This document shows positions 1 to 13,593 of a stretch of 64,000 bases of DNA, one piece after another. This stretch comes from Camelus dromedarius (taxonomy: Eukaryota): contig NC_087447.1 in the NCBI RefSeq assembly GCF_036321535.1, positions 33,048,001 through 33,112,000 on the forward strand. Direction: 5' to 3'. Both the position numbers and the translations under genes were made by a program. Under the pieces are notes generated by a model. That model was not told the DNA's origin, made no database searches, and saw nothing but the letters and a program-made list of their open reading frames with translations. Each line of letters opens with the position of its first letter. The stretch's first letter is position 1.

Positions 1-204
1 AAACTGAAAATGTTTAACAGCAACCTGACTGTACTTTAAATAAAAACCAGAATAAAAACAATAAGCACTTGGCATGTGATGGTTTGGAGGGGCTAACACA
101 CTCCTACTTTAGTTAGCATTGACTGAGCAACCCCTTCATTCCAGCCACCAAACTAGGTGCTAGAGATACTAAGAAAGATCAGGCATGATTGTAATCCCCA
201 TTAT

Positions 205-431
205 CAAGAATTGACAAGCCACAACCCACAGGCCCAATGTGGCCTCCCATCTATTTTTGTAAATAAAGTTTTATTGGAACAATGTCAAGCTCATTAATTT
301 ACATATTGTCTTTGGCTGCTTTTGTGCTACAAAGGCAGAGTTGAGTAGCTGCAATAGAGAGCACGTGCCCCCACGAAGCTAAAATATCTACCACCTGGCT
401 TTTTATAAAAAAAAAGTCTGCCGACCCATGG
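205..431 (+). mobile_element. MER58A-like hAT-Charlie DNA transposon (MITE)
   Basis: Characteristic internal 'tttttgtaaataaagttttattggaaca' and terminal 'aaagtctgccgaccc' resembling the MER58 TIR. Confidence 0.8.
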
Positions 432-660
432 GCTAAACTACTGTGAGAGCAACAAGGACTAATGGACGATTTGAATGTAACATCCTAAGTTCCTAATCAG
501 ACCACACAAGGGCAAGAAACCATTAAGGAGTGGTACCTAAGCTCTCCTTAGGCTGCCAAGAAGAACTGACGCATGTGCTGTCTCTGGAATAACGAGAGGC
601 ATCTACCGGCAAAGAAAGGTAAGAAAAGAGAGGGAGGCCACAAAGCAGAAGGGCCTTCAC

Positions 661-824
661 AAGCAAAAGTGCAAAGTTGTGGAACAAAAAGGTGGTGTGT
701 GTGCATGGAAATGCAACCTCCAGGAGCAGCTGAATGATGTGCAAAGCAAAAGTGCAAAGTTGCAGAACAAGAAGGTGGTGTGTGTGCATGGAAATGCAAC
801 CTCCAGGAGCAGCTGAACGATGTG
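661..824. repeat. Two-copy tandem duplication, period 83 bp
   Basis: aagcaaaagtgcaaagttg...gatgtg occurs at 661-741 and 744-824 with 4 substitutions. Confidence 0.95.
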
Positions 825-1948
825 GGTCTCAAGAGGAAGGTAGCGGCCTGGTTATGGAGTCTTGGATGTCATGCTGGGGGGGTCTGGGCTTTCTCAGTAG
901 GTGATTCCAGGCTACTGAAAGGATTAAACAAGGGGATGAGTAGTCAAAATTGTATTTTGGCTAGATCTCTCTTGGCGCAAAGAGGAATATGAATTGTAAG
1001 AGACAAGATTAAAAGTTGTTAGATGTAGAGGCAACTCAATAGTCCACGTGATAGATACTAGGCTGCAGTGATGGTGAAACTGTCATTCAGTATTATGAAA
1101 GGAAGGGGACCAATGAAGAGGAAGGGAAGATGGGTCTCATTGAGGGATTTACTTTAAAATGATGCTACACACAGCCAACATCTCTGACAAGCGTTTTCTA
1201 CATCTAAATAAAGAGAGTGAAAATCACTATGAGGTGCATTTCAATGGATACTAAATACAATAAAGAGAAGAGAAAGACGGCAGCTGCTGAATAAAAGAAG
1301 AGAAAGGTACTAAAAATGTGATCTACGCCAGACGCTGGGCCAAACTCTCATGCACAAAGTGTTATTACTCGATTCTTTCTAATGCCGTAAATAAACAAAC
1401 CAACACTACTGTAACCATTTTAAAATAAAGGAAAGGGTCTCCCTAGTGATTATGTAAAGTGCTTAGTAGAGAACCTGGGACATGACAGGTATTTAACAAA
1501 CTTTTGATGTCTTCCCTATGGGAAGGTCCTCAGACATTATCCTTACTGAATCTAACCAGAAGTGAGGACTTTGTCATTCAACAGATGATCTTACATACTG
1601 TCTCTTACCCAAGCTTTCTGCAGGTACCAGACCCAGTTCAGACTTGGCCCTGGTATCAGAGGTTACAGTTCTCGGTACTGCTGTACACATCTCCCTCGGG
1701 CAGTGAGTGTTGAGGGTGGAAGAAAAAAATCAGAGTTTGAGTCGATTCTGCATTTTGATCATTTTTACACATTAACAATCCCACATGGCTAACTATGGAG
1801 ATATTTGGAAACTCTGAGCAAGAAGAATGAGGTGTCAATTGGTTTCTTCCCAAATAATGGTGTTAAGTACACAAGTTTCTCTATCTGAAGCTCTAAACTC
1901 CATATGAAGTTGGCTTGCTCCTTCCTCCAAACCGGCATAGATTACACA

Positions 1949-2299
1949 TGTCAAGTTCTGAAGTAATTAAACAAGGGAGCCATTAGACTGAGGCAACTCT
2001 AATGCATCAGCAGCCTATGTAAGCAAATGGAAACAAGCCAGTGTCAATTCCTATAAATGCCTCAAGGTTAAGAAATCAAAACTTAAGAACGACCAATCAC
2101 AAACAGTCGACTCTTCTTCCCCAAATAAGGAAAACTCTTAAGCAACAGACAATCAAATAATTTCCTTGCCTTACTTCCGTGTCTGCTCTATAAAAGCCCT
2201 TCTCTTAGCTCCTGCTGGCAGAGTGCTGCTGGATTTAAACTGATACTTGCTCAAGTAAACTCTTGTACATTTTAATGTGCCTCAGTTTATCTATTATCA
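1949..2299 (+). mobile_element. Solo LTR, ERV1 class (MER67/MER31-like)
   Basis: TG...CA termini, CCAAT boxes, TATAAAA near 2189, AGTAAA poly(A)-like signal and an end 'tttaatgtgcctcagtttatc' typical of this group. Confidence 0.65.
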
Positions 2300-2834
2300 C
2301 AAGGGAGTGGTTCTAAAAGCTCGTTGGTTCACCAGTTAGCACAGTGTGATGTGCAAACAGGCATTTAATAAATGCTTTCCAATGGGGATAATGGCTTGGT
2401 CTGGGAAACAGTTTCAGCTACTGGCCATGTGTACTTAGCTGGAGAATTATCTTTCCTTACTCATCAGTATCAATTCACTCACAATTAATACCGTTCATCA
2501 CATACACTCCAGACACCCACAATCATAAAGTCTAATTACTTCGTCTGGATTACCAATGAACACAGGACCTTGTTTACAAACACCTGAGTATCCTTTGCAG
2601 AATACGTCTCCCCATTGCCTGCCATAAACCCACTTGTGAGAATTCAAAACTATGTACAGAATACACTAAATATGAATTTATACCAAAGCCAAAATAGGAG
2701 TAAAAGTCATATTAGCTTAAGTTTATGGAAAAACAGAGCCTGGGACAAGTCTGAATAGTTACGGAGGGTGTGGGTACAATCCCGGGAAAGCAAGAGGAAA
2801 AGAGACAATGAGAAGGGAGTTAGAGACGCAGGGA

Positions 2835-3285
2835 TGCCTGTTTGCTAGCACTGCCCCAACAAAGTACCACAGGTTGGTGACTTCAACAACAAAACTTCAT
2901 TGTCTCACAGATCTGGAGGCCTGAAGTCCAAGACCAAGGTATTGGCAGGGTTCTTTCTTCCCAAGGGCTAAGAAGGAGAATCTGTTCCAAGTTCCTCTCT
3001 CCTAGCTTCTGGTGGTTTGCTAACAATCTTTGCCATTTCTGGGCGTGCAGAAATATCACCTTGAACTCCACCTTCATCTTCATACAGTGTTTGTGTATCT
3101 GTGTTCAAATTTCCCCCTTTTGTAAGGAAATGAGTCATTTTGGATTAGGGACTCTCCCCACTCCACTATGACCTGATCTTAATTATATCAGCAATCCTAT
3201 TTCTAAATGAGGTAACATTTGGAGATACTGGAGGTTGAGGCTTCATTGTATAAAATTTGAGGAAACACAGTTCATCTCCTAACAG
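2835..3285 (-). mobile_element. MaLR LTR (MLT1B/C-like)
   Basis: Motifs 'ctggaggcctgaagtccaagaccaagg', 'ttggattaggg' and 'ctatttctaaatgaggtaacatt' match MLT1 in antisense. Confidence 0.85.
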
Positions 3286-3297
3286 TAGGTAGGCTAT

Positions 3298-4215
3298 TGT
3301 GATATAATTAACATTCATATTTTGGTCTTCATCCACAGTTCCTGGCACATACCTCCTAAAATCCTTGTAATTGCCTGTATAAGAGTTGTAGGGACACCTT
3401 TTTAAAAAAAGATTAGTTTTGTTCCAAGCTCCACAGCCTAAAGGTGAAACGGGTATCTTTTGCTATTCATAACAAATCCCTTTCAACTACATCCAAGTTT
3501 ATGTTAATGAGGTGAGTTTTGGAAAGCCCTAAGGGTGGGACTGGTTGCCAGGGGAGCCAACCACAGGATTAGGTGGTTGGAACTTTCAGCCACATCTCCA
3601 CCCCCACCTGAAGGTAGGAAAGAGGGGCTGGAGATTGAGTTAAATCATCAACAGCAAATATTTTAATCAACTACGCTCACATAATGTAGCCTCCATTAAA
3701 ATCTAAAGGGACAGGATCTGGAGAGCTTCCAGTCCAATGAACATGTAAGTTCTGGGACAGGGGAGCATCTGGAGAGATCAGGGAAGCTTCTTTCCACATC
3801 CCTTTACCTATGCATCTCTTCCATCTAACTGTTCTTGAATCATATCCCTTTATAAAGAACTAGTAATCTAACAAGTAAACTGTTTTCTTGAGTTCTGTGA
3901 GCCACGCTATCAAATTAATCAAACCCGAGAAAGGGGTCCTGGGAACCTATGATTTATAGTCAGTTGGTCACAAGCACAGTTGACAATCTTGGCATCTGAA
4001 GTGGGGGTTGGGGGCAGTCTTGTAAGACCAAACCTTTAATTGGTGGGGTCTCACACTACCTGTAGGTAGACAGTATCAGAAATGAAATTTCAGACACCCA
4101 ACTGGTGATGCGGAACTGTATGGTGTAGGGAACCGCCCCACACACAACATATACACATGCATTAGGTAACCGTAAGTGCCAGGAGTACAGTGTGCCAGTA
4201 ATGGAGAAACACAGC
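3298..4215 (+). mobile_element. MER21-like ERVL LTR
   Basis: Starts 'tgtgatataat...ggtcttcatccacagttcctggcac' and contains 'ctgttttcttgagttctgtgagcc', typical of MER21. Confidence 0.8.
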
Positions 4216-4864
4216 AATCTTTTCTTTACAGTTAGGGAAAGCAAAATTACACTGAGAATGATGATCCGGCCATGTCTTCCCCGAGAAAACACCAACGGTT
4301 TCTTAGTGACATGGGATATCCCAGAAAAGCCAGTATAGAAACTCTGTATCTCAAAACAGTCTGTAAGGTGGAGAGAAGAAAAAACAATTCATATGTTGCC
4401 TCCTTATGACTCCTGCCTTTTGCCTTATGACTCCCGTTTTCTCCAAAGAGCATTAACTGTCCTGTAATTTTAGTTGGTGTTTCTTCACCCCTGTGGAAGT
4501 GCCAGACGAGTTAGAGCTTCTGAGGTCTAGTCGGGTTGGATTTAAGACAGGGGAGCTGCTGCAGATGCCCCAGAACCAGCATGATGGAGGTGGTCTCAGT
4601 ATCTGTCCCTAGACCCCAGGACAGGTAACAAAATTAGTAAACTCTGGTTGGTGGCGGGAAGGCTGTAACTGCAGGAAGGACAGGAGCCGCTGCTCAGCCA
4701 CTCCAGCCAGGAAGAAGCCAAGGTCCAGAGGACAGATGGGCCCAGAGTGCCTGGGGAGGCACATAAACTAGGTCTGGTAAATACATATTTAAAAATAAAG
4801 CAACACATAATTACCAGCGTGGCATCAATAGGATAAAAACACATGTGCAGATATGGAGAGTTAG

Positions 4865-5282
4865 TGATGAGTGGTGGCCTAAAGCAACAGAAATGTATCG
4901 TCTCCCAGTTCTGCAGGCAAGAAGTCTGAAACCAAGCTGTTGGCAGGGCCATACTCTCTCCAACGGCTAGAGGGAATAAGGCTTCCTTGCCTCTTGCTAG
5001 CATCTGGTGGTGGCCAGGAACCCTTGGCGTCCCACGGCTTCTAGTTGCATCTATTCAAACTCTACCTCCATCTTCACATGACCACCTTGCAGGTGAGTCC
5101 CTGTCTTCACATGGAGTTTTTCTCTTCTTATAAGAAACCAGTCATATTGGATTAGGACCACCCAATGACCCCATCTTAATTTGATTACCTCTGCAGAGTA
5201 TTCCCAAATGAGGTAACATTCACAAGTACTGAGGGTCAGCCCATCGTCCATGCACTTGGAGGAGACACAATTCAACCCGTAA
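4865..5282 (-). mobile_element. MaLR LTR (MLT1C-like)
   Basis: Motifs 'ggcctaaagcaacagaaatgtat', 'ccagtcatattggattagg' and 'gacacaattcaaccc'. Confidence 0.85.
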
Positions 5283-6494
5283 TGGCTGAATTGTGTAAGG
5301 GTAAGAAGAACAAGGTTCTAGAAGTGGGTTTATTCCTGATTACTTGCTGAGTCTTAAGTGTGTCTTTGAATCTCTTCAGACTGGGGATTCCCTCTCTCTA
5401 AGAGTAGTCCTTAATCTTTTATAAGCAAGCCCTTCTGCAAAAAAATGCATATCATCAAATACATACAAACATTTCAGGGAGATTCCAGGCCTCCTAAAGC
5501 CCACACCTGGAACGTTGAGACCGGTTAACCAAGATCTCTTCAAACTTCGCCAGTTAGTTTTATTATTTATTACTAGACTTTATTAACATTTTGCTCAAGT
5601 TTTACGAGCTATTTCAAGACCTGTGGCAGGGATAACCATCTTCAGACATTGAAAAAGAAAGGAGATCCTTCTTTCCTCCTTGCAATACTTTCTACGCCAG
5701 GAGTTTCAAGGGATGGATGATGTTGGATATTTTCTGAAGAGTCAGGGAAATTTGTTGCTGTACATCTGGGGTGAAGTTTCATGAAACAGAAGAGCAATCA
5801 GCATCTGCACCCACCCCAGAAGCTCTGGGGTATATAACCTTTTCAGGAGCTTTGAGAGACCTGAACCTTTGGTTTCCCCTGGACCAGATAGTCTCACATA
5901 TTTTAGGCTACCCCCAGAACCCCATATACAGCCAGCAAAGTCTGAGAACCTCTGATACCATGTTTATACCAATTTAAAGTATGCACGATGGATGACCACA
6001 TATACTTTGTGTTTTCTCCAGTGTCTTTCAATTGTAGTTGCTCTTTTTAAAGCAGGAGGAGTGCATTTATTTTACTCCCTTACTAAGTGGTCCACAAAGT
6101 GCCCTGATTAGCATTTAGCCAACGCTGCTGAGTGTAGAACAACACTGAATCAACTCCCACAGCACATCACCTGCAGAAACTGTATGATTCATGCGTGTTC
6201 TTTTAATACTGCCTTATCTACATGCCCCGTCTGTCTTACAAGACAGTAAGAAACCAGAGGCTGGGAATCACGGTGGACTCTTCTACATTTCTCAACTTAG
6301 AAACCACCTGGGCCAGGACAGGGAGAGGCAAGAGAAGCATGTAGGACACGCAGCTGAGGAGGCTCACTCACTCGTAAGGGCATGCAAGTTCTCTGCACAA
6401 TAGATGTATAATTTGATAAACAGTGGCTGAATGAAGAAGAAACAAGGAAAGATGAAGGGAGGCAATCACTGGGATAAAGATAGGATGAGAAGGT

Positions 6495-6868
6495 ATGTGG
6501 AATCCAAAAAAAAGAGGAGAAGACACTAATGAACTCATCTACAAAAGAGAAAGAGACCGACAGACATAGTAAACAATCTTGTGATTACCAGAGGGGAAAG
6601 AGAGTGGGAAAGGATAGATTTGGGAGTTTGAGATTTGCAAATATGAACTACTATATATAAAAATAGATGTAAAAAAACAAATTTCTTCTATATAGCACAG
6701 GGAACTATGTCCAGTATCTAATAATAACCTTTAATGAAAAAGGATATGAAAATGAATATATGTATGTATATGCATGACTGGGACGTTGTGCTGTAACACC
6801 AGAGATTGACACACACTAACTGACTATACTTCAATTTAAAAAAATAATTAATTTTTTTTTTAAAAAAA
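6495..6868 (+). mobile_element. 5'-truncated L1 (end of ORF2 plus 3'UTR and A tail)
   Basis: Begins 'atgtggaatcc' (ORF2 end) and has the 3'UTR motif 'atagcacagggaactat'; candidate 7-bp TSD agaaggt at 6488-6494 and 6869-6875. Confidence 0.9.
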
Positions 6869-7019
6869 AGAAGGTCCATCCTCACCAAAGTGGGCAATTA
6901 TCCAATTTGTTGAGGGCCTGAGTTGAATAAAGACAGAGGAATGGGGAAAAAAGATAGGATGGGAAGAATAAAAAGTGGGAAAGGAAAAAGCAGGGTGGCA
7001 GAAAGGAAGGGAAGAAATC

Positions 7020-7365
7020 ATAGTTAATGGGCCAGAGACATCGTTTACCAGATAATCACCTGCTCTTCCACATTTCTCAGCCTCCACTGCAGCTGGCCAA
7101 GGTCATATGACTAGTTCAGGCCAATGGGCTGTGAGCAGAAGTCAGGTGAGCCATACAAGAGTCAGTGGGTCTTGTCTACCCCTCCTCACTGCTGTCATGG
7201 TGATCTTGGAAGCCATGTGGAACACATGGCAAAACCGTAAGATGGAGGAGAGTGATTCAATGCACATCAGACTCTATGTGAATAAGAAACTCTTCTTTTA
7301 TAAGCTACTGAGATTATATGGCTTACTACTAGAATGGCGTAGTGTTTCTATCCTGAGTAATACAA
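7020..7365 (+). mobile_element. Old MaLR LTR (MLT1I/J-like)
   Basis: Motifs 'catatgactagttcaggccaatggg' and 'taagctactgagatt'. Confidence 0.7.
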
Positions 7366-9347
7366 TGACACATCAGAAGTGACGGATGGAGTTACATGGA
7401 TTTTTTAATGTTATCTTTGATCACAGGAGAAAAACAAAAAGCTTGCAGAGAATAACCTTTACTTTAGTATGATATAAACTATATAGACTGACTCATCCTC
7501 CTTGGCCTCCTCCATTTCTGTTTCACTTTTAGGGAAAATTATACACAGTGCTCCAAGCCAAGTACCCTGAAAAGTGTCATTTCATGGAGAAGACCCTAAC
7601 CACCTCCCTAGTCTCAGCTTGCCTAAAGTACTCTTTGCATTCAAACAACTTACAAGAGAGTCCCTTTTCTCACAATGTGTCTGCTGTAATGATCGCATTA
7701 CTGTTTAACTGAGCATAATACTAGCTGAGTTTTCACATGCAAAATTGGTCGGAAATTTCAGCCCACTTTTACCTTTATTTAAACCTTTCCCTCTCAGGAT
7801 CTCAGTAAGATCTTCAAAGGGATTATCTTTTATTTCCTGTGATTTGGGGAATTTAACTCGTTCTTTGCTATAGTCCTTGAATGTAATAACTTCAGCAATG
7901 AGAAATTTTAAAGGGCCACCAGAGTACAGCAAGGAAAACAGACAACAAAACTAAAAACAAAAACAAAGTTTAAATACAAAGTATTTTATCTCCATGTCTG
8001 TTTAATATATGTGTATACTGCATGCCCATATATGAGATGTGGTTAAGTTTTGTGCCAAAAGCAATAGGTTAGAAGAGAAAAGATCTAATTCCAGTGTGGC
8101 CTCTGCCTGTTTTTAACCTTGTGATCTCAAGAAAATCACTTAAACTATCTATTTGGTTCTTTTTTTATAAATAAACTTTGAGAGAACCAGCAAGATTGAG
8201 AAGCAAGGTGGAAAGACCTTAAATTCTGAATTGAACAGTCCTGGGAATGAAATCTAGTTTCCGCAGCTGCTGACTCCAGCTTGGTCAAGTCTCTGGCCGC
8301 CACAAACCTTGACCGGACCAGGTATACAAATAGGGATAAAATTCCCCCATGCAGTTACTGTGAGAGTCAATAAGATAATAGGTGTTACAGGGCTTGGTAC
8401 AGAGCCTGGCTGAGCGTAAGTACTAAACACGGGTGTTTCTGTAGGAGCAACACAGATGGGGAGTGTTACTATTACTCATACACACGTACAAAGGTTCTAG
8501 TTAATATTCAAGGGCAAATTTATGTCATAACCTGAGGAAGCTTATAAGAAACTGAGGATGTGACATCGCAAGTACAGTTTTGATAACAGAATAAGGTCAT
8601 CCCTAAAAAATGTTCAAGATTTGTTTTAAAGTACTGAATAACGTGCATGAACTATTGTTACATAAATGTCAGGTGTTGATTTGGCAGAGGCCCAACACTA
8701 GAATGGACTTGGGATAAACTGGTAAGAGCCAAAAGTCAAATAGAACTGAGGAAAACTCTGCTCGAGAGCGGAAGGCTTTTGAGTCTATTGCCCCTGCCTT
8801 TGGGCTTGACTCTGATTAGTCATGTGAACGATGCTCTGATTAGTTATGCGAACTTGGACATACCGTTTTAATCTTTATGAGTCTTACTTTTCTCCTATGC
8901 AAAATGTGGAAATTCATAGTACCTACTTAGCTGATATTGTTTGGGGAGTATCTCAAAGAAAAAACAAAGCACTTGGTGGAAGGCAGACCCAACACAATAC
9001 GCACTGGCCAGGAGTCACAGAGCTCAGCACGGCAGTAGCAGGGGGTGGAGGGGCCACACTCAGGAACCAGACTAACTGGGGGCTCCATCCTGACATGTTG
9101 CTTCCATTTTCTTTGCATCTATGTCTTTATCTAAAAAAATTAGGGCTAATAATAGTATCTGCTTCACAGGTTTCATCTGAGAATGAAATGAGCTAATACA
9201 TGTAAAGTGCTGAGAACGGTATCTGATTTATAGTCAGTAAGCAACATGCAGACTATTATGATCATGAGAACTGGTTAAAAATCACTTGGGAAAAAAAGAA
9301 AGAATCTTTAGATGACATCCCTTCCAAAGATGGAAACAAAAGCTTTT

Positions 9348-9682
9348 ATATGTAGAGTTTAAAAAAAAGATACACATTTTATTTACAAAGCAGAAATTAG
9401 ACTCACGGATGAAGGAAACAAACTGTGGTTACCAGAGGGGAAGGAGGAGGAAAGCATAGTTTAGGAGTTTGGGATTAATAGATACACATTACTATATATA
9501 AAATAGACAACAAAGACTTACTGTACAGCACAGGGAACTACAATTCCTTGTAATGAGGTGTAATAGAAAAGAATTTGAAAAAATGTGTATGTATGTATAT
9601 GTATAATTGAATCACTTTGCTGTAAACATGAAACTAACATTGTAAACTGACTACACTTTAATAAAAAATAAGAATTTTTTTA
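9348..9682 (+). mobile_element. 5'-truncated L1 (end of ORF2 plus 3'UTR)
   Basis: 3'UTR motifs 'ggttaccagagggg' and 'acagcacagggaacta', plus AATAAA; 10-bp TSD aaaagctttt at 9338-9347 and 9683-9692. Confidence 0.9.
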
Positions 9683-10224
9683 AAAAGCTTTTGCTTCTGA
9701 TTCTCACTGGGAAATGAAGAGTTTAATGGAAACAGGAGGCAATCAGGAGGGGGAGGTAAGAGGCTCATCTGGAAAGCCTCTGTGGATGTCTCACTGCAAC
9801 AGCTGGGCTGCAGATGGGATAAAGCTGGTACTCATGGTGGCAGCTGGCATCATTAGGTCAATGAAACAGCCCAAAGTTCTGTTGGCCACTGCCCAGAGCT
9901 AAAGGGTGCAGTTCTTGGCAACTGTGATAAAAATGCTTTGTCATCTACAAATAGGATACAAATATTATCTCTGCTGCTTCTGCGATACACCACCATGCCT
10001 GTAGCATGTTGCTCATTCATTTTTCCTACAGACATTTACTTATTGCTTTTCTGCTGTGTGTCAGACACTATCCTAAGCTCTGGCAACGCAGCAGAGAAAA
10101 AAAATGCTGCCATTCTGCGCTCATGGAGCTTACAGTCTAGGGAGGAGATGGACATTATAAAAAGATACTCAAAGAAATATAGAACTGAAAATTATAAAAA
10201 CTTCTACAAAGGAAGGAGATAGGG

Positions 10225-10462
10225 CTGGTACAGTGTTTAAGAGCATAGCTTTGGCACCAGGTTCAAATCCTGGCCCTGCCACTTACAAATGGTATGATTC
10301 TGGGCTGAAAACTTAACCTCTCTATGCCTTAGAAACTCTTCTGAAAACGGAGATAATGAATTAATTACTTCATAGGGTGACTGAGAAAATCAAGTAACAC
10401 CTGTTAAGAAAAGGAATTAGAATCAAGAACATAGCAAGTGCTCAGTAAATACTAGTTATTAT
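10225..10462 (+). mobile_element. MIR SINE
   Basis: MIR core 'ggttcaaatcctggccctgccacttac...acttaacctctctatgcct'. Confidence 0.85.
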
Positions 10463-11331
10463 TTTAATCACAAGATTTTCATAGAAAGGCTCTTTGTTCA
10501 CTTTGTTAATCAATACACCCAGACGGCAAATAATATGTACACATGGTAGACACATAACATCAAGATCATAAGTCAGCTGCTCTTCTAACCTAAGATGCAT
10601 TTGGCATCATATACAAAACAAAATGGCTTGACCAAATTTTCACTCTTTAATTGGATGTAGTGTAGAAATGTGATCACATTTTTAGGGAAGAGAAGGACCT
10701 AGCAATGTCATTGGTTCTATTTGACTGTCTTCAGGCAGGCAGCCTCCCAGCTTCCCTGACAGTGAGAATCCATTCATTTCTGAGACATCTAGGAAGGCGA
10801 CGTTTTAATCTCCATTGGCAGATAACACATAAACAGCATTGGAAATTTCACACCCAGATGAAGGGTGATGCTTAATCCGAAGTGATTTATGGCTTGAGTC
10901 ACATGGTTTATTATTGACAATTCCTTGATTAGATCTTTGGCACTTTTCCCAGCCATAGCTTGTTTCTTAGTTTATATAAAATACGCTCAGAAAAAAAGTA
11001 AGATACTGAGATAATTAAGGGGAAAGGGAGAGAAAAAAAAAAGGAGAAAGAGAGCAAGAGGGAGAGAGAGGCATAAAGGAAGTATTTATGAAGTCAAATT
11101 GAAGGCATTTGAATTTTTTTGTCCTTTCCTAGTTCTTAGTATAACTACAAAAAATATTTAGAATTATCTATAGGAATGTTTCAACTGAAACCTTAGAGTA
11201 GGCTTACAGTAGAATGATTAGAATTCAGAACATTATGAAGTGTTTCAGGCATTTAAGTACCATTTTGAAAAAGCTTGGCTTTTTTACTCTGCAATATCAT
11301 TAATATTACGAGTTTTAAAAAGTAATAAATG

Positions 11332-13207
11332 AATCGTATGAGCTGCTTATATATTCTGGAGATCAAGCCTTTGTCGGTTTCACTTGCAAAAATTTTCTCC
11401 CATTCCGTAGGTTTTCTTCTTGTTTTATTTCTGGTTTCCTTTGCTGTGCAGAAGCTTGTAAGTTTCATTAGGTCCCATTTGTTTATTCTTGCTTTTATTT
11501 CTTCTAGGAGAAAATTTTTTAAATGTATGTCAGATAATGTTTTGCCTATGTTTTCCTCTAGGAGGTTTATTGTATTTTGTCTTATGTTTAAGTCTTTAAT
11601 CCATTTTGAGTTGATTTTTGTATATGGTGTAAGGGAGTGTTCTAGCTTCATTGTTTTACATGCTGCTGTCCAGTTTTCCCAACACCATTTGCTGAAGAGA
11701 CTGTCTTTATTCCAATGTATATCCTTGCCTCCTTTGTCAAAGATGAGTTGACCAAAAGTTTGTGGGTTCATTTCTGGGCTCTCTATTCTGTTCCATTGGT
11801 CTATATGTCTGTTTTGGTACCAATACCATGCTGTCTTGATGACTGTAGCTCTATAGTATTGTCTGAAGTCTGGGAGAGTTATTCCTCCAGCCTCTTTCTT
11901 TCTCCTCAGTAATGCTTTGGCAATTCTAGGTCTTTGATGGTTCCATATGAATTTTATTATGATTTTTTCTAGTTTTGTGAAATATGTCCTGGGTAATTGC
12001 ATAGGGATTGCATTAAATCTGTAGATTGCCTTGGGCAGTGTGACCATTTTAACAATATTGATTCTTCCAATCCAAGAGCATGGAATATCTTTCCATTTTT
12101 TAAAGTCTTCTTTAATTTCCTTCATCAATGGTTTATAGTTTTCTGTGTATAATTCTTTCACCTCCTTGGTTAGATTTATTCCCAGATATTTTATTACTTT
12201 GGGTGCTATTTTAAAGGGGATTGTTTCTTTACTTTCTTCTTCTGTTGATTTATCGTTAGTGTAAACAACCCAATCCAAAAATGGGCAGAAGACCTAAACA
12301 AGCAATTCTCCAAGGAAGACATACAAATGATCAAAAAGCACATGAAAAAATGCTCAATATCACTAATTATCAGAGAAATGCAAATCAAAACTACAATGAG
12401 GTATCACCTCACACCAGTCAGAATGGCCGTCATTCAAAAATCCACAAATGACAAATGCTGGAGAGGCTGTGGAGAAAGGGGAACCCTCCTACACTGCTGG
12501 TGGGAATGCAGTTTGGTGCAGCCACTATGGAAAACAGTGTGGAGATTCCTCAAAAGACTAGGAATAGACTTACCAAATGACCCAGGAATCCCACTCCTGG
12601 GCTTGTATCCAGAAGGAAATCTACTTCAGGATGACACCTGCACCCCAATGTTCATAGCAGCACTATTTACAATAGCCAAAACATGGAAACAGCCTAAATG
12701 TCCATCAACAGGTGACTGGATAAAGAAGAGGTGGTATATTTATACAATGGAATACTACTCAGCCATAAAAATCGACAACATGATGCCATTTGCAGCAACA
12801 TGGATGCTCCTGGAGAATGTCATTCTAAGTGAAGTAAGCCAGAAAGAGAAAGAAAAATACCATATGAGATCGCTCATATGTGGAATCTAAAAAACAAAAA
12901 CAAAAACAAACAAACAAACAAAAACAAAGCGTAAATAAAGGACAGAAATAGACTCACAGACAGAGAATACAGAATTGTGGTTACCAGGGGGGTGGAGGGT
13001 GGGAAGGGATAGACTGGGATTTCAAAATTGTAGAATAGACTACACTGTATAGCACAGGGAAATATACACAAAATGTTATGATAACTCACAGAGAAAAAAA
13101 TGTGACAATGCGTGTGTATATGTCCATGAATAACTGAAAAATTGTGCTGAACACTGGAATTTGACACAACATTGTAAAATGATTATAAATCAATAAAAAA
13201 TTTTAAA
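11332..13207 (+). mobile_element. Young 5'-truncated, 5'-inverted L1 (ORF2 C-terminal half plus 3'UTR)
   Basis: Inverted ORF2 segment at 11332-~12263 (KYLGINLTK..., stop-free). Sense segment at ~12263-12890 has the CCHC motif [18 protein letters not shown] and ends RSLICGI*. AATAAA at 13192; TSD aaaaagtaataaatg at 11317-11331 and 13208-13222 after a TTTT/AAAA endonuclease site. Confidence 0.97.
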
Positions 13208-13372
13208 AAAAAGTAATAAATGCTCTCTTTTTTTTCTAATTGAATTTGATTCCTCTTTAGGGGCCTCTCCAAATAGCTTAGTGTGTTCATAGAGGATATC
13301 ATGCCTCTGACTCTATTAAGTACAAATTGTTTGTTTTTTTACACTGTGAAACAAGGAATAGTCAAATCTAAC

Positions 13373-13561
13373 ATGCAGGCATATGCAGAACAGATAAGCA
13401 AGATTGTACTGTGTAGCACAGGGAAATGTGTGCAAGATCTTGTGGTAGCTCACAGCGAAAAAAAATGTGACAGTGAATGTATGTATGTTCATGTATAACT
13501 GAAAAATTGTGCTCTACACTGGAAATTGACACAACATTGTAAAAGGACTATAACTCAATAA

Positions 13562-13593
<32 letters not shown>
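13373..13593 (+). mobile_element. Short young L1 3' end with ~24-nt poly(A)
   Basis: Homologous to the 3'UTR at 13040-13200 (agctcacag, taactgaaaaattgtgct, ttgacacaacattgtaaaa) with an intact A tail. Confidence 0.92.

Noticed and set aside
11253..12890. 341-aa and 187-aa ORFs as host genes or an autonomous L1
   Set aside because: They are the two arms of a truncated, inverted L1 ORF2 lacking promoter, ORF1, endonuclease and most of the RT domain.
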